Shown here piece by piece: positions 25,166-38,786 of a stretch of 64,000 nucleotides of DNA. The position numbers and the translations under genes were made by a program. The notes under the pieces were generated by a model. It had not been told where the DNA came from. It saw only the letters and a program-made list of their open reading frames with translations, and did not search any database. The DNA lies in NCBI GenBank assembly GCA_009103225.1, contig RHPI01000810.1:558001-622000 (forward strand), in the 5' to 3' direction. This DNA is from Chlorokybus atmophyticus. Taxonomy: Eukaryota > Plantae > Mesostigma and Chlorokybus algae. Numbering within the stretch: the stretch's first letter is position 1; each line of letters opens with the position of its first letter.

Positions 25166-27089
25166 GGCATGGCTAGCGTTGAGTGCTAGTCGAGCGACAT
25201 ATGAGACCAAATAGATCATGCAATATTGTTTACATCCTTGCGAAAGCGAAGATCAATGTTTGCTTAGCAATAATATAAATAAAGTCTTATTATCGTACGT
25301 GCATCAAGCTAACCAATAATTGAACGTTATACATGTGCAAATGTACGTATGTTCGTCGCGTCCAATGAGGCTCGCCATTGGGGTAGCCCTTGCGAGAGTA
25401 TTGTCGTCGATATCGGCCTGTGCATCAAAACTCCCTTGCATATTTAATCCTAACGGCACGCCCTCACATTATTGACATAAATGTGTTGCTTGCAGCAAAC
25501 ATAAAACACCCCCCCTCCCCNNNNNNNNNNNNNNNNNNNNNNNNNTATTGGTTAGCTTTCTGCTCGTTCCCCTGCCATTCCATTGTTGATACCTCTTTTT
25601 ATGATAATGAGTATTATTTGGATAATACTTGAGCTCAAGTAGTAATTGTACTTGTTGCAATTTGTAATTAAACTTGCACAATTGTGCATTCATTAGGGCG
25701 GTTGCAATTGTTGTGTAGAGCCATGCAAGCACTCAATGTGCTCATAGCTTACACAATTGCACACATGCACACATACACGCACACAATGACAAGAGGGACG
25801 TCAACTCCAAGCTTCTTATCATGTGCACATTCACCCATGCAGTTATGCGCGTACACTATCATAATTTAAAAATGGTAATTTTTTTGTAAGGGACTCGCCT
25901 CAGTTCAAGCAATAGCGTAGTGAAACAAGTGTGGTAATGTAAGCTGAACATCAGATAAGTTGCATGGTTGCACGCACACTTAGTGTGGTGTATGACATTG
26001 CGTGCGAGTGACACCTTGCATGCGGGCCACGGAGCATATTTTCTCTTCAAGAGCACAATGTGATACACACAAGTTGAGTTGCGGGAGTCGTGCGCAACGT
26101 TGTGTGTGACAACCTTTGTGTGGCACAGTGTGTGACTCATCGCACATGCTTTCACCGATTACTGTCGTCAGTGACAACTCGTCACTCCGTGACAGCGCGT
26201 CGTGTGCAGGGCACGCGACCAACACGCGCTCGCACAGAGCTCCGCGGCCATCTTCCCGGCGGCGACGTCTCGGAGTACCACTTCGAGAAGGCACAGAACA
26301 CGGAATCTTCAACACAGGTACAAGTGCCATTAGTAATGGTGCTTAATACAAGCATCATTACGAATGGCATTAATGGGATTAGCCGTATTGAGCGACAAAC
26401 GGGACTCTCGATACTGGCCCTACACTGTACCAGTAACCCAAGCTGTGCCACAGGCGTCAAAGTACACCAGCGTACAGCACCAGTTCTGTACTGGCGATCT
26501 CGGGCCGGCGCGGCCTTCAACCTTCAGCGGTGACCCGCGGGTCAGCACGCAACGCCTGTTACGCGTCCGGCCGTTGCATTACCCCTCAACAAATACCGGT
26601 TGGAACTTCTTATTACCAGATATTACCCAATTCGTACGCCGGTCTTCTTAGCATATTATACCCGCGCTGACGGCATCTACGTCGGCCATTGCGACCGGCC
26701 GCGCGATATAGCACACCGTTCGACAGGTAGCGGGAAAGCTACGCAGTACGAGCCTAGACAACAGCGCTTTCAATTTGTTGTTAATAGCTTGAAAGCGCCA
26801 GCTGGCAGGCCGGCGGCGGCAGTGGTGACAGCGGCGGCGTGCTCGTCGTAAGGTCAGGGGCAGGCAGCTTGGTGTTGAACGGAGCTGGCATTATCGTGGG
26901 ACACCGGCATTACGAGCTCGCGGTTGCGCGTGTGTGCGTTTGCGTTGGTTTCTTGCTAGAGTCAAGGAGGTGAAGCAGGGGCGGCGCTGCCAAGCTGAAA
27001 CACGGCGAGCAGTTGCTGAGGGCAAAGTGTTTTTATGTTGTAGTGCGTGGTGAGACAGTTTGAGCTTCTTGTAGCGGGCGTGCTTCACC

Positions 27090-28979
27090 ATGTTGCGGCC
27101 GGGAGGCTTATGCTTGCTGGTGTTTGCCGGGCTGGCGTTGGTGGCTGCGGCTGCCAACTACACGGTGGCGCCAGTGTCGTCAACGCCGTCGCCTACTGCG
27201 CTGACCAAGGAGGAGACGCTGAAGCTGCTTTATGAAGAGAACGAGTGGAAGAACGGTCTGGCCCTATGGGTGCTTCCTAACAGCTGGACCGTTGCTATCC
27301 CGCACTTCTTCCGGTAAGTAGACCATGGTTTCAGGACCTACCTTGGTGATCCTTTCCAGGCCACGGTGTGCATGCATGTTGGATAGCTTTGGCACTTGGA
27401 GTAACAGGTGAGTTGCCTCGGAAAGAGCTAGGCTTTACGATGCATATTCGTATGGGAGGGGAGATTAGTCAAGCGCTGAAGGTTGTCAGGCATGTGGTGG
27501 TATTGCTTGCGAAGGCTGATCACATTGTGATGCATACAAAGGCTGCATAGCTTCTTCTCAGCACGCCATGAACCTCTGCTTGTTCAGAATCACTCATCTA
27601 CACCAATATGCACGATGCGTCTGGCTAGATTCCACTTCGTTTTGTTATTTGCTTGCTTGCTTGGACATGTCGCCATGGAGGGTGCTGGTTCAACCACATA
27701 CAGTCGTTCTGTGCTCTTTGATGAATGTCTTAGGGTCTGAGAGCAGGCTTACGGGCTAGGGGATGTGGGCCAACTGCTGATGCGTTACCATCAGCATGCA
27801 GCTTTTTTCTGTACCAGTTACTATTCATGGCCCTGATTCCTTATGTTGTACCATGTAGGAGCTGGCTAAGAAACTACATCTTAGCAAATGTTGTTTACTT
27901 GGGAACGGGCACGCTGTGGTGCGTGTATCTGTATGGGTTTGCTCGCGGACGCTACTACCCTGAGGAGGCCATTCCCAAGGCAAAAGACATCTTCGTGCAG
28001 GTCAAGGTGAGCTACAAGAACAGTAACTGATAGGCTGTGCTGCCTTTTTTTGGTTTGTTTGATGGCGCCTTTGGTTGTGTTTGGGGAGGAAGGCGCAGGG
28101 ATGAGGGGGGCAGGCATTGGTTGTTATCCTTTGATAGACTGTTGCATGGGTGCCAACTGTTACTGTCCCACAGGTTTCTCTCGCTGCGCTTCCAATGTTT
28201 TCAATGCTGCCCTCCTGCGCGGAATACATCATAGAGCAGGGGTGGACACTGTGCTATGCGAAAACATCACAGGTAAGCCGAAAGTTGAAAGGTTCTCGCA
28301 TGCCTGCATGGCAGCATCGCCTGGGCCGCCGATGTTGGGACAGGTCTGGACAACACTGTACTCATATCGCTACCTTTGGATGTCTCAGGTTGGATGGCCA
28401 GCCTACTGCGCATACTTGGCCATATACATGTTGCTGGTTGAGTTTGGTGTGTACTGGGCTCACCGTCTGCTCCATGACATCAAGCCTCTTTACCGCTGGC
28501 TGCATGCCCCCCACCATATCTACAACAAGCAGAACACGCTCTCTCCCTTCGCAGGTATTGTCTTGTTGACAACAGCCGCAACATGCATTGAAGGTTTTGT
28601 CAGCCAGAGCGTTCTCTGCGGCCTTGTGTGGTGCATGCTGCGTCAGCGCTAGGCTGTAGAGGATGTCTCAACGTGGCAATATGTGTATGCAGGGTTGGCG
28701 TTTAATCCCATCGATGGAATCCTGCAAGCATCGCCTTATGTGCTTTCGTTGTTCATCGTGCCCATGCACGCCCTGACTTATGATATGCTGTTGTTTGCAA
28801 CCGGGGTGTGGACCACCAACATTCATGACAACATCCATGCTGACATCTGGCCTATCATGGGAGCAGGCTATCACACCATCCACCACATCACCTACCGCCA
28901 CAACTATGGGCACTACACCACGTTCATGGACCAGCTGTTTGGTACGCTCCATGTGCCGAAGACTGTCAAGTCCAGTTAA
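27090..28979 (+). CDS. STE1: Delta7-sterol C5(6)-desaturase (STE1/DWF7/ERG3 family)
   Basis: His boxes HRLLH, HAPHH, HTIHH; [29 protein letters not shown]; five phase-consistent exons. Confidence 0.95.
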
Positions 28980-29261
28980 CCCACGCACTGAGCAGTTGCA
29001 ACTTGCACTGTAGTTACGGTCACAGTTTTGTGAAAGTTTGCGGCATGATTTGCTAAGCTGAAGGGTGTGATGGACGTTGTATCATAAGCAAGGCGGTGTA
29101 GCTGTGGTGTAGCGCATGTGGTGCAAGGTAATATTCAGGTCAAGTAGGTGTGCATAATTTTGCTGCACTGTTTTGAGGAGAGAGACAGAGCGTTTATGGC
29201 TGTTAGTTCCAGGTTTGCACATAATGTCATGCTTTTCATGTTACAACCTTGGTAGTTGCTG

Positions 29262-29515
29262 GACTCCTGAGAAGCATGCCCATGAGCCAAGCTGTAGCAT
29301 GTATTGTGTTAGCCCTGATTGCCGATCACACGGCACAGGCATTGCCAAAGGACATACTTCACATGGAGATAAGCAAATACATGAATGCTTTTCACGTCAG
29401 AACCCTAAGGTTGACGAGACTCCTGAGAAGCATGCCCATGCGCCAAGCTGTTGCGGTAGCCCCGACTGCAGATCAGACACAGCACATTGCCAAACTACAT
29501 ACTTCACATGGAGGT
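29262..29515. repeat. Imperfect tandem duplication, ~156-bp period
   Basis: GACTCCTGAGAAGCATGCCCATG...CATACTTCACATGGAG starts at 29262 and again at 29418. Confidence 0.85.
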
Positions 29516-30329
29516 TGCAAATTATTTCCGCCTCGCCTGCTGCAGGTTGTTGCCCCTCCTGTACCTACACCATGCGGTATGCAGGTGAGAGTGGAGTGTT
29601 GCAAGTTTCATGCGTGCGCAATTGTGTTCTGCGTTTTGTAAACCCCGTCGCTCAATGATACATGCCCCCCGATCTACAACTACAGAGTTCTTTCTGCATC
29701 TACTACCTTGGGAAGACTCTATCTCTACGTCTCTGAGCGACCAGCACACTCAAGTTACGCGCTCTCTGGTGGGGAAAGTATGCACTCTCAAGGTGTCATG
29801 CATGCATTATTGTATTTGCTGAGTGCTTTGCTGTGTGGTCTTGAGTGCGGTGCATGTGTGCGTGCATGCATTGTTGCACCTGTTTTATTGGAATGCCTAT
29901 GCATGCATGCATGCATGCATGCATAGATACAGCGGCACAGCACTCACACCCACCCCCTCGCCCTCGTGTGGCCCTGCTGCTGCTGCTGCTGTTGTGGTAA
30001 CAAGCCCTCCTAGGGGTCATCTTACACCCATCACTTCATGACCACAGGTGGCTCACTGCTATCTTGCCACACCTGCCCTGCCTGCTGTACCGCTCTCATC
30101 CCCGCCCTTGTCATTCACTTAGACAGCGCACAGAGCTAGCTATGCCCTTGCCCTTGCCTTTGCCTTGATTATCTTCCTCGCCGGCTGTTTGTGCTTGTGA
30201 TTGTTGCTTGCTTTTGCTTAGTGTTACTGCTTAATTGTGGTGTGCGCTTCGCATCTACAACACTTGAGCAGATCATACAAACAATGCATTCAGGTTCCAG
30301 CGCCGCGGCCACAACCAGCAGCAAGCGCA

Positions 30330-33207
30330 TTACGTCCTTGATGCCTGTTCTCGCTGCAACCATCGTCCATCCTTACCAAGCAACCAGCTGCTGCTTTTCC
30401 CTCCTCCCTTCCCTCCCTCCATGGTTTTCCTCGCTGCGGGTAAGCTTTTGCTGCTGCTTGCGTCAGCATCTGGACCGCGATCTGTGCGCCGCGGAGATGA
30501 ACCTGCAGTAGAAGTCTTAGGAATGACTTTCATTTCTCCGCCCATAACTTCCACCCGATCAAAACTGATGCCAAGCTGCTTGGCGAACTTCTGCATGACA
30601 AACGCTTCCTGCCATCAACTAATATCAGTATTACACCAAGTATTACACCCACATATACCAGACACATTTCACTTGTTGAAGGGTTGTTGATTCAAAACTG
30701 GCACGTACCTGCGGCTCGCATATAGAAACTACAGTCCCTTCACGTCCTAAACGACCCGTGCGACCTGCTCTGTGAGCGTAGTGCACACCATCTGTCGGAA
30801 GCTCTAGATTGAACACCTGATGAAACAACACGTATGTTTATTCCGTCACTGGTTGGACGCTAACTTCTCAAGCAAGGCTACTCAGAAGCATGACCAAACT
30901 GTACCGCTCCGCATTCAGGTACATCCAGGCCACGCGCCGCTACCTCGCTGACCAGAAGAACCTGTTTTATACCAGGGTTAGGCTGCCTACAGAGCTAGCA
31001 TTTCGCACGGGGGTCAACAAAGATGCAAATCTGTAGCTGGCATGGCACGAACCTGGAGCACGCCTTGCCGGAAGGCTGTGAGAACATTCCCGCGGGACAC
31101 CTTGTCTGTGAGCAGTTGCAAAAATTGTGTTGCAAGGGCAATGGCTATCAGTGCGAAACCACTGCAACTAGCACGCACCCATCTCTCCACTTAGCGCACC
31201 GACTGCCATGCCTTTACCCTCCAACTTTCCCTGAACATCCTGCGCGAGACCAAAGAAACCAATCAGTTCCTGTTGCAAGCGACAACTGTGTTGACACGTT
31301 AAGACCAGGTCCACATGCTGACTTTAAACACCCCTGTGAGGGTAAACACAAGCAGCCATTACCCGACCCAAGGCACACAGACCTTCAGACGACGGCTGTA
31401 ATTGAGGAACACAAGAGCTGTTGGTACTCCTAGCGCATGTATGCAGCGTCGCAGCGTGTCCACCTTGTGCTGTCGGGGTGCAATGACGAAGCTGCAGAAC
31501 AAGAACCCGGTCAGCATGGTTGTGCTTGCAACATGCACGTCAAATTGGCCATGACTTGCCTGTGGACAAGTGTTGGTGGTAAACTGCCTTGCAATTCACA
31601 TGAGGAGGTGCTGCTGTCAGGCTGTGACAACTGCTCGGTGTCACTTCCCCTCCCAAGCTTGATGTGAAGAGGGTCTCTGCCCTACTTTTGCAAGGTGACT
31701 TGGTTAGCAAAGTTGCAAACAAGTGCAGGTCAGCAAGGGCAACGTTGAAGGGTGCTGGCATGCCCATACCCAGGCAGCTGCCGCCTTCATGATGCCAGCT
31801 GGCATAGTTGCAGATACCAGAACCGTCTGCCGCTGTGATGGCATACCACACGCACGCACGATACACTCAAGATCTCGCCGGTACTCTGGGTCCAGCAGCT
31901 TGTCCGCCTCATCCAAGATCAGTGTCTGAATGCCATGGGTGGCCAGCCTGTGTGAGTAAAGATATAAACATTACAAGCCTTCACTAGCGGCAGAGCACAT
32001 TCGTGTGAGTGGCCAAAGGCCAGCAGCAGAACACAAGTAAGAGTTTCAATGCTATGCGGTACTTGCTCACTTTTTACTACGTACAAGCTCAGAAACTCGC
32101 CCAACAGTCCCGACAACAATCAGCGGCTTGTTCTGCTTGAGAGCTTTCTCCTGGAGACATCAAGAGTCTGTAACTAGCCCAAAGCCGGGAGTGCTGCTGC
32201 TGAGGACATTTGCAGAAATTTGCAGGACTGCAATCAGCCTACTAATGTAGTCAGCGTAATAGGTTGTTTGCACACCTGGCGAAGCATACTGGCACCACCA
32301 ATCAACTGCTGCACCAAGCGCTGTGACTCAATGTCCTGCGGCAGGAGCTTCTGCACTTCCCGAACAATCTGCACCAATGCCAACATCACACGGACAACAC
32401 CTCAGCAGCCACTGCCTAGACACAAGTGTGGTAGCCTCACTCGCATAGACACCCCACCTGCATTGCCAGTTCGCGGGACGGCACGATGACCGCAACCTCC
32501 ACCGACCTGGAACTCCTTCGCTTATCGCTGCCAATGGGACTGCCGTCGGCGGGCGTCAGCTTTGCCAGTGCCGGCAGCAGGTACGCCAGCGTCTTTCCGG
32601 AACCAGTGTAGCCCTGCACAGCAAGCAGTATGTACTGAAGCGCGGGCATGACCGCAACAACGCAGATGCTATGCATGCACTGTAACCATTTGCCATCAGC
32701 AGTGAACACTGTGTGTGGTAAGCGCAAGCTTTACGCAATCTGCAAACCTGCACAGCGGCATCTCGGCCTTCAACTAGCGTGGGTATAGCTGCAGCTTGAA
32801 TGTCTGTCGGCTGCGTTAAGCCCGCATTTGCAAGCGCGCTCACTAGGGCAGAGGGCAAGCCCAGCACCTCAAACTCAGACACTGCAGGAGCTGAAGTTGA
32901 GGTCGAGGCGCTCGAAGTTGACACGCTCTCGCAAGCTTGCACCTGTATGGGGGGCCTGCGCACTGCATTGTTTCAACACCATCACTGCTGAGAAGTCTGC
33001 AATCGTGCATGTCTGAGGGACTCAAATCATAAAGCCTCCAAGCGCTCACCTTCGGCTCAGCCCAGTAGAGAGGATTAAGGGATGCGAATTGCGCCATTTG
33101 CTGGACACGGGGATATCCGCACTGACAGCTAGCTTCCATCTTAATGATGTCCGCGCATGGGCTTCAACTGCTGGAGCCGGAGCAGTAGCAGCTGCAGTTG
33201 ATAGCAT
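30330..33207 (-). CDS. RH47: DEAD-box RNA helicase, RH47-like, probably organellar
   Basis: Q motif FEVLGL...PTDIQ, GYTGSGKTLAYLLP, VPSRELAMQ, LDEADKLL, SAT, NLELPTDGVHYAHRAGRTGRLGREGTV. ATG at 33207 gives a phase-compatible transit-peptide exon. Confidence 0.9.
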
Positions 33208-33728
33208 GGTCAAGCCACCGAACTTTCATTCATTGGCAGATATAACACCCGCAGAGCACTTCTAATCAGAGCATGCGTGCTTTAGCAAGTGAAAACTGAC
33301 AAGAGGTAATGAATTGATTGCAATCTGACACGCGAAGCATAACACAAACAACGCCTATTGCAGCGACGTATTGGACAATTAAACATGGGATCTATTCAGT
33401 GATAGGCCTGCTTCTTTCCAACATCCGTTACATGGTGGTGGTGGTGGTGGTGGTTGCATATGGTTCTATTGAAGAAGGCAAACGCAGCCCAACAATTATG
33501 TCACACTGTAGAGCGCAATGCATCTTGTAATGCGGTAATGTGGAACTGCGTTGCAACCGCTGTTGCACTGCCACAACTCCCTTCCATGAGACTGCATTAC
33601 CGGTTGCGGCGTGCGACAGCAGCAGCCCGCCTCGCCTGACCAGTGCCAACTGCGGCAGAGGCACCCTCATTTCCATGAACCCCTACGCCCTCACGGCGGC
33701 CGACACCTCCTCCTCCGCCGCCGCCGCC

Positions 33729-33737
33729 AAACCCTAA
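33729..33737 (+). promoter_or_regulatory. Telo-box (AAACCCTAA) upstream of SRP14
   Basis: Exact motif 122 bp upstream of the SRP14 ATG. Telo-boxes are typical of plant translation-machinery promoters. Confidence 0.45.
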
Positions 33738-33858
33738 TTTGCGCAAGTTGCACCGAGAATGGTGAACATCTCCAAGTGTTGTGCGTGTCCGTCTCAGCGA
33801 CTAGCTTACAGGTCTCATTGTTGGCAAGCAGGGTGTTGAGGCCACCGCCGCTACCGCC

Positions 33859-34692
33859 ATGGTGCGTGCCCTGTTGTGTGCGTGAGGTAGCTTGGCGTCG
33901 TCAGCACGGTCAAGCTACCACACGCACATAGCAGGACCAAGTGGTGTGCTGTTTGAGTCAGCGGTGTGGACATGCACGCATAGATGGATGGAGTTGAGCA
34001 TCTCACCGATGTGTACCATGGTCTGTATTGCAACCCTGTTGCCCTTGCAGGTGCTTCTGGACCAGGACAGGTTCTTGCATGAGCTGACCAAACTTTACGA
34101 GCGCAACAAGACCTCCGGCACGGTGTTTATCACCCAGAAGCGATGTGAGTGCTTAAACTCTGCTGCTTGTGGTAGTTGCGCTGCTTCCTGCTGCAGTTGG
34201 AGTGCGGCACTCTGCAAAGTTGGGGAGATGATAAGCGTTTGCGTGACACTTTGCATGACACATTCTTGAGCGAATGGTGCGATTGCTACATGCGCTTCAA
34301 CTTGTGGGATAACTGTTGATAACAATGTTATGTGTGCAGCTGACTTGAAGCCCAACAAGAAGAGTCAAGAGCGAGAGGGCTCGGAATACCGTTGCCTGAT
34401 GCGGGCCACAGATGGCAAAAAGAAGATCAGCACAGTGGTGCGTGCGAGCGTGGTTGGCTCTGGGTACAGCGCCATGTTTGTGTGTTCACAATAGTCACTG
34501 GCACTGTTGGTTATGCAGCGAACTTGCTTACAAGTAAAGCCATTGTTTGTAAGGCAGATATCGGCAAAAGACTACAACCGTTTTCAAGCAGCTTACATGA
34601 ATGTGCTCAAGGCGCACATGGATGCACTGAAGAAGCGAGAGAAGAAGGCGACAAAGCGCAAGGCAAAGGCGGTTAGCTTGCCACAGGCATGA
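33859..34692 (+). CDS. SRP14: Signal recognition particle 14 kDa subunit
   Basis: M|VLLDQDRFLHELTKLYERNKTSGTVFITQKR|...YRCLMRATDGKKKISTV|ISAKDYNRFQAAYMNVLKAHMDALKKRE. Confidence 0.95.
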
Positions 34693-35021
34693 CAAAATTG
34701 AACACATTGAAACCAGTTTGCACCTAACAACTCCAAGAGCAGACTCCTCAAAGTAACCCTGTGATAATATACATAGGATGAATGTGTATGTGAGTGTTTG
34801 CCTGTAGCTTCTGATGACGCTACTTGACTACTGGATATGTGCATGCTACTGCTGCGGTGGCTCCTAAAAGAAGAACAACAACTACCCATCCTCGAACCGG
34901 TGCCAACTGGCCTTACTGGCCACAAAACTGGTGTGCACGAACTTCCGCAATGTGCTCTGTCTCCATTGACTGCCGCCGCCGAGGAGGTCGGGGCCAGGCA
35001 GAAGCACTTGAAGCAACAAAA

Positions 35022-37664
35022 TCACTGCGATCCGAATACTGAATAATTGTTGGTGTAGACACTGTACACGGGGTTCGAGGAGCTGGGGTTGGACGGCGGA
35101 CCGGGACTGGCCGAGCCGGATATGCTCATTGAACTGAGCATGTACGCCTGAACGAGACTTTGAGCAGCAGCTACCTGTAGACCAACATTCCCAGGATTGA
35201 GCTTAAACACTTACATACGCATGCCGACCAAAGACGGCGCGCCAGTAGGCAAAAGCCACACCAATAAAGGTCTCAGGCGAAAGCTGCCTACCTGATCGCT
35301 GGTGCCGGTAATCTCAACCATTCGCTCAATGGAGCCCTCTCTCTGATCATGGATCTGCAAAGGAGCAACCAGGATTAGCATGCCACTATGATGACCACCA
35401 AGTGTGCAATGCGTGCAATGAGGTGGTACTACTCCTTCCCGTCAGTGTGCATCATTATCCATACCTTGATGTGTGCCCCGGACAACTGGCGGACTTGTGC
35501 AATGTTGCTGCCGCCCTTGCCTATGACGCTCCCTATCAGCGTGTTGGGCACGCTAATCTGTGCCGTGACTGGCGACGAGTGCGCTCCAGAGGGCGGCGGC
35601 AACCCCGTCATGCCGCCGGGCAACGTGATTGGGCCCGGGAAAACTGCGCCGTACGGCCAGGACGCTGCCTGCTGACTAGGCTGCGCGTACTGGCGCCCGC
35701 CCGTGTTCAGATACCCTCCACTGGGGCGCTCCTTTGGTGGATTCTCCCTGCAAATGATTCGCCATCAGCGCCCAATCATTGACCCGAGAAGTGTGTGGGT
35801 CCGAGCCTACGTGGCGACATACTCACCGGAGCTGCTTTGAAATCAATTGCAAAGCAGAGCGAACTGTGCTAGTATCACCCGTAACCTGCGCACATGCCAT
35901 CAGGTGCACGCTCGACACATAGAGGTCCACTCAGAACATTGCGCACTGCAGACTGATGCTCAGGCATGAGCTACTTCAGTCACGTAAAGCAACCACAGTG
36001 CAGCAGCTGCTTGCAACGGCCAATGCTCTGAAAGCAGCGTGAATACTGCACGGGCATGGGCTGAGATGCCCTGCACAAACATATCAACATCAACGTTAAT
36101 GCCGCTGTACCTGGACAACTCTGTCCGTGGGCAGGGCACAGGCGGGGAGGTCCTCGGGGGGCAGTATGCGGATGGTGGCGCCGGAGGTCTCGCGGATTGA
36201 CTTTATAATATCACCACCTTTGCCTATCAAACTGCCGGCTTGGGAACCGGCCACGAGCAAACGCGTCGTGATCTTTGAATGCGATGGAGACGGCGAGTCT
36301 TGCAACATGTTGGGCTCTGCCCCACCACCATCCCCCTGTGATGCACTCACGGTCAACACCCGCAGCAAGATACAGCACAACAATGTCAACTTTGCAACTG
36401 GCACAAGTGACGCGTGTACCTCAACAATTCGCTGTTGTACGCGAAAAAGGGCATCCTGTGCTGCAGACCATGTTGTGCCAGGAGCATCTCTGGCAGCGAT
36501 AATCATAACCCTCTCATCCACACCCTGCCAAACAACAAATGGTGCACGAGGAATATCAGCAACGCAACTTGAGTCTAGCATCACGCACCACTGATCTACA
36601 GTGCTGTGCACACTAGTAACCACATTCTGAGCGGTCCTGAGGTCCCCCAGACACACTCACAGTCTGGCTCGCTGTGTGCATGAAGCAGCTTTGGACTGCA
36701 ATGTGCGGCAAAGGTGCAAACAACTGAGTGTGTATGGTTTATGCCATCACATGCTTCCGCCGACACTATCGTCATGTACAATAACCAATCCCAGGCAACG
36801 ACAGCCACAGTGCCAGTTCTTGCATGCTGCAAACTGGGGAAGGCTACTGACAACCGGCAACTAACAGTCTAATGCAGCTTGCCAGTGACATGCCATCGTG
36901 AAACACACATACTGGCCTGGTGAGTGACCGCAGACACACCGACAGAAGTGATGCACGCAGCGCACTTCCAATGTCCACTCTCCTACCAAAACCCGGTGGT
37001 CTATATACTAGTATGCATGTGTTATTACAACAACTCAGCACTACATGCGATCGCAGTGTGGGTCCCACATGTCAGTTGACACACGGGCAGGACGCCTCAG
37101 CTGGTTACCACACCACAGATGGTTGTCAAATTTATGACGGCCCCAATGCAACCCGCACTGTTTCAACTTCCGTACAACAGTGCTTGTGTCCAACTGCTTA
37201 GATAGAGCTTCAGTCCCCCTCCAGCGCACCTGAACGCTGTCGGCGATCTTGAGGCGGGCGCCGGTCTCCTCCCGAAGCTGCTTAATGATGGCGCCCTGCT
37301 TGCCTATGACGCTGCCAACACGCTTGCTCTGGATGAGAATACGGTAGACGGTCTCGGGCCCCGCGGCGCCGCCGCCGCTCCCGCCACCGCCGCCTCCGCC
37401 AGAGCTGCCGCCCCCGCTCCCCCTCAAGCCAGGGCGCTTCTCTGGCGTCTTCTCTGGGGATGAGGCATCCTCAGAAGCGGAGCCACCTGCTGCTGCTGCT
37501 GCGGTGGCGGAGGTGGTGGAGGAGGAGCCGGCGACCCTCTTGCCAGCAGCCTGCTGCTGCTGCTCGCTGGCAGTGGAAGCACCCTCGGCAGCCGCAGCGA
37601 TGGACCCCGGCGACGCCGCCGCACCCGTCCCCACCGACGCTGCTGACCCTGGAGCTTCCGCCAT
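35022..37664 (-). CDS. Three-KH-domain RNA-binding protein (FLK/PEPPER-like)
   Basis: KH GxxG loops VGSVIGKQGAIIKQLREETGA, AGSLIGKGGDIIKSIRETSGA and IGSVIGKGGSNIAQVRQLSGA; low-complexity N-terminus. Confidence 0.92.
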
Positions 37665-38462
37665 CGCCCCTACCGCCGCTACCGCCGACGTCGACGACGA
37701 CAACAACCACAACAACAACCTACCACGTCACCTTTTTGTCTCACCCGTTCACTCGGCTCAGCAGAGCCTGCTGCCCGCTTCATCATGCCTGCGCGTTACT
37801 CGGCGACTTTATATCGCATGGTACCATGGTGTTTAATTGCGGGCACTGGCGGTGTGTGCCGTGTGTCAAGTTGACACTGTCAAATCAAAATTTAAACATA
37901 ACCCGCAGGTCATTATTTCTCAACGACAATTTGTCATCCACTTCGCGTCGTTTGCGGCCGCAGAAAAGGACCGTCTTGCACGACCGGGCCGGGCTGAGTG
38001 GCTGCCTGCCAGTAGTACTCTACGAGTGCAGTCCAGTGGGCCAGGCACTAGTGGCACTAGTGGCAGGCCAGACATAGTCTGCTGTGCTATCAGCCTATTT
38101 CGGCAAGGACATGTGAGGTTGGAGCCTCAAAGTTAGGGCCGCAATTACTTGGGGCATCAATTACTTGGTAATAAGCAATTGTAATCAGTCTTCACACTCG
38201 AACAACGATTACCCTTGCAAGCTAGCTCTCCTCATTGAAGATTATGTAAAAGTGATTGTGTCATATGAAAACACTCTGAAGGCCTTCGCTACTTGCTGTA
38301 ACAGATCCAATTGTAACAGTGCAACCCGTAACATACATGAGTATTTGTTTCTTGATTGAAACTTTTCAGCGTCAAAGGCAAAACAAGCTTGGTTTACATC
38401 AGCGCCTCACCCGAAATTGTGGAGCAATATGATTATAAAGCCTAAACAAGGGGAGAAGCAAA

Positions 38463-38483
38463 GGGGGGGGGGGGGGGGGGGGN

Positions 38484-38577
<94 letters not shown>
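38463..38577. repeat. Poly-G tract (~115 nt, one N)
   Basis: Homopolymer seen directly; its true length is unreliable. Confidence 0.7.
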
Positions 38578-38579
<2 letters not shown>

Positions 38580-38786
38580 GTGCACATGTCAAGATGATTG
38601 AATATGAAATTGTATAACATACAAATAATGCGGGATGTAGCAGCACGTGCATTGTCTTATGCATAGTACAAACAATGCAAAACGGAAATGCACATGCATA
38701 GTGGCACGCACAGTCAGCAGCATGCAGAGCGACATAGCGCATATCAACATCACCACTGTAAGGTAGACCACCAGGTTCATTCACTA

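Noticed and set aside
25870-26800. Possible gene or TE remnant between the gap and the STE1 promoter
   Set aside because: No recognisable motif, terminal repeat or consistent exon chain.
38399-38784. Poly-Pro/poly-Gly ORFs (also at 42038-42597)
   Set aside because: Translations of G homopolymers and N gaps.
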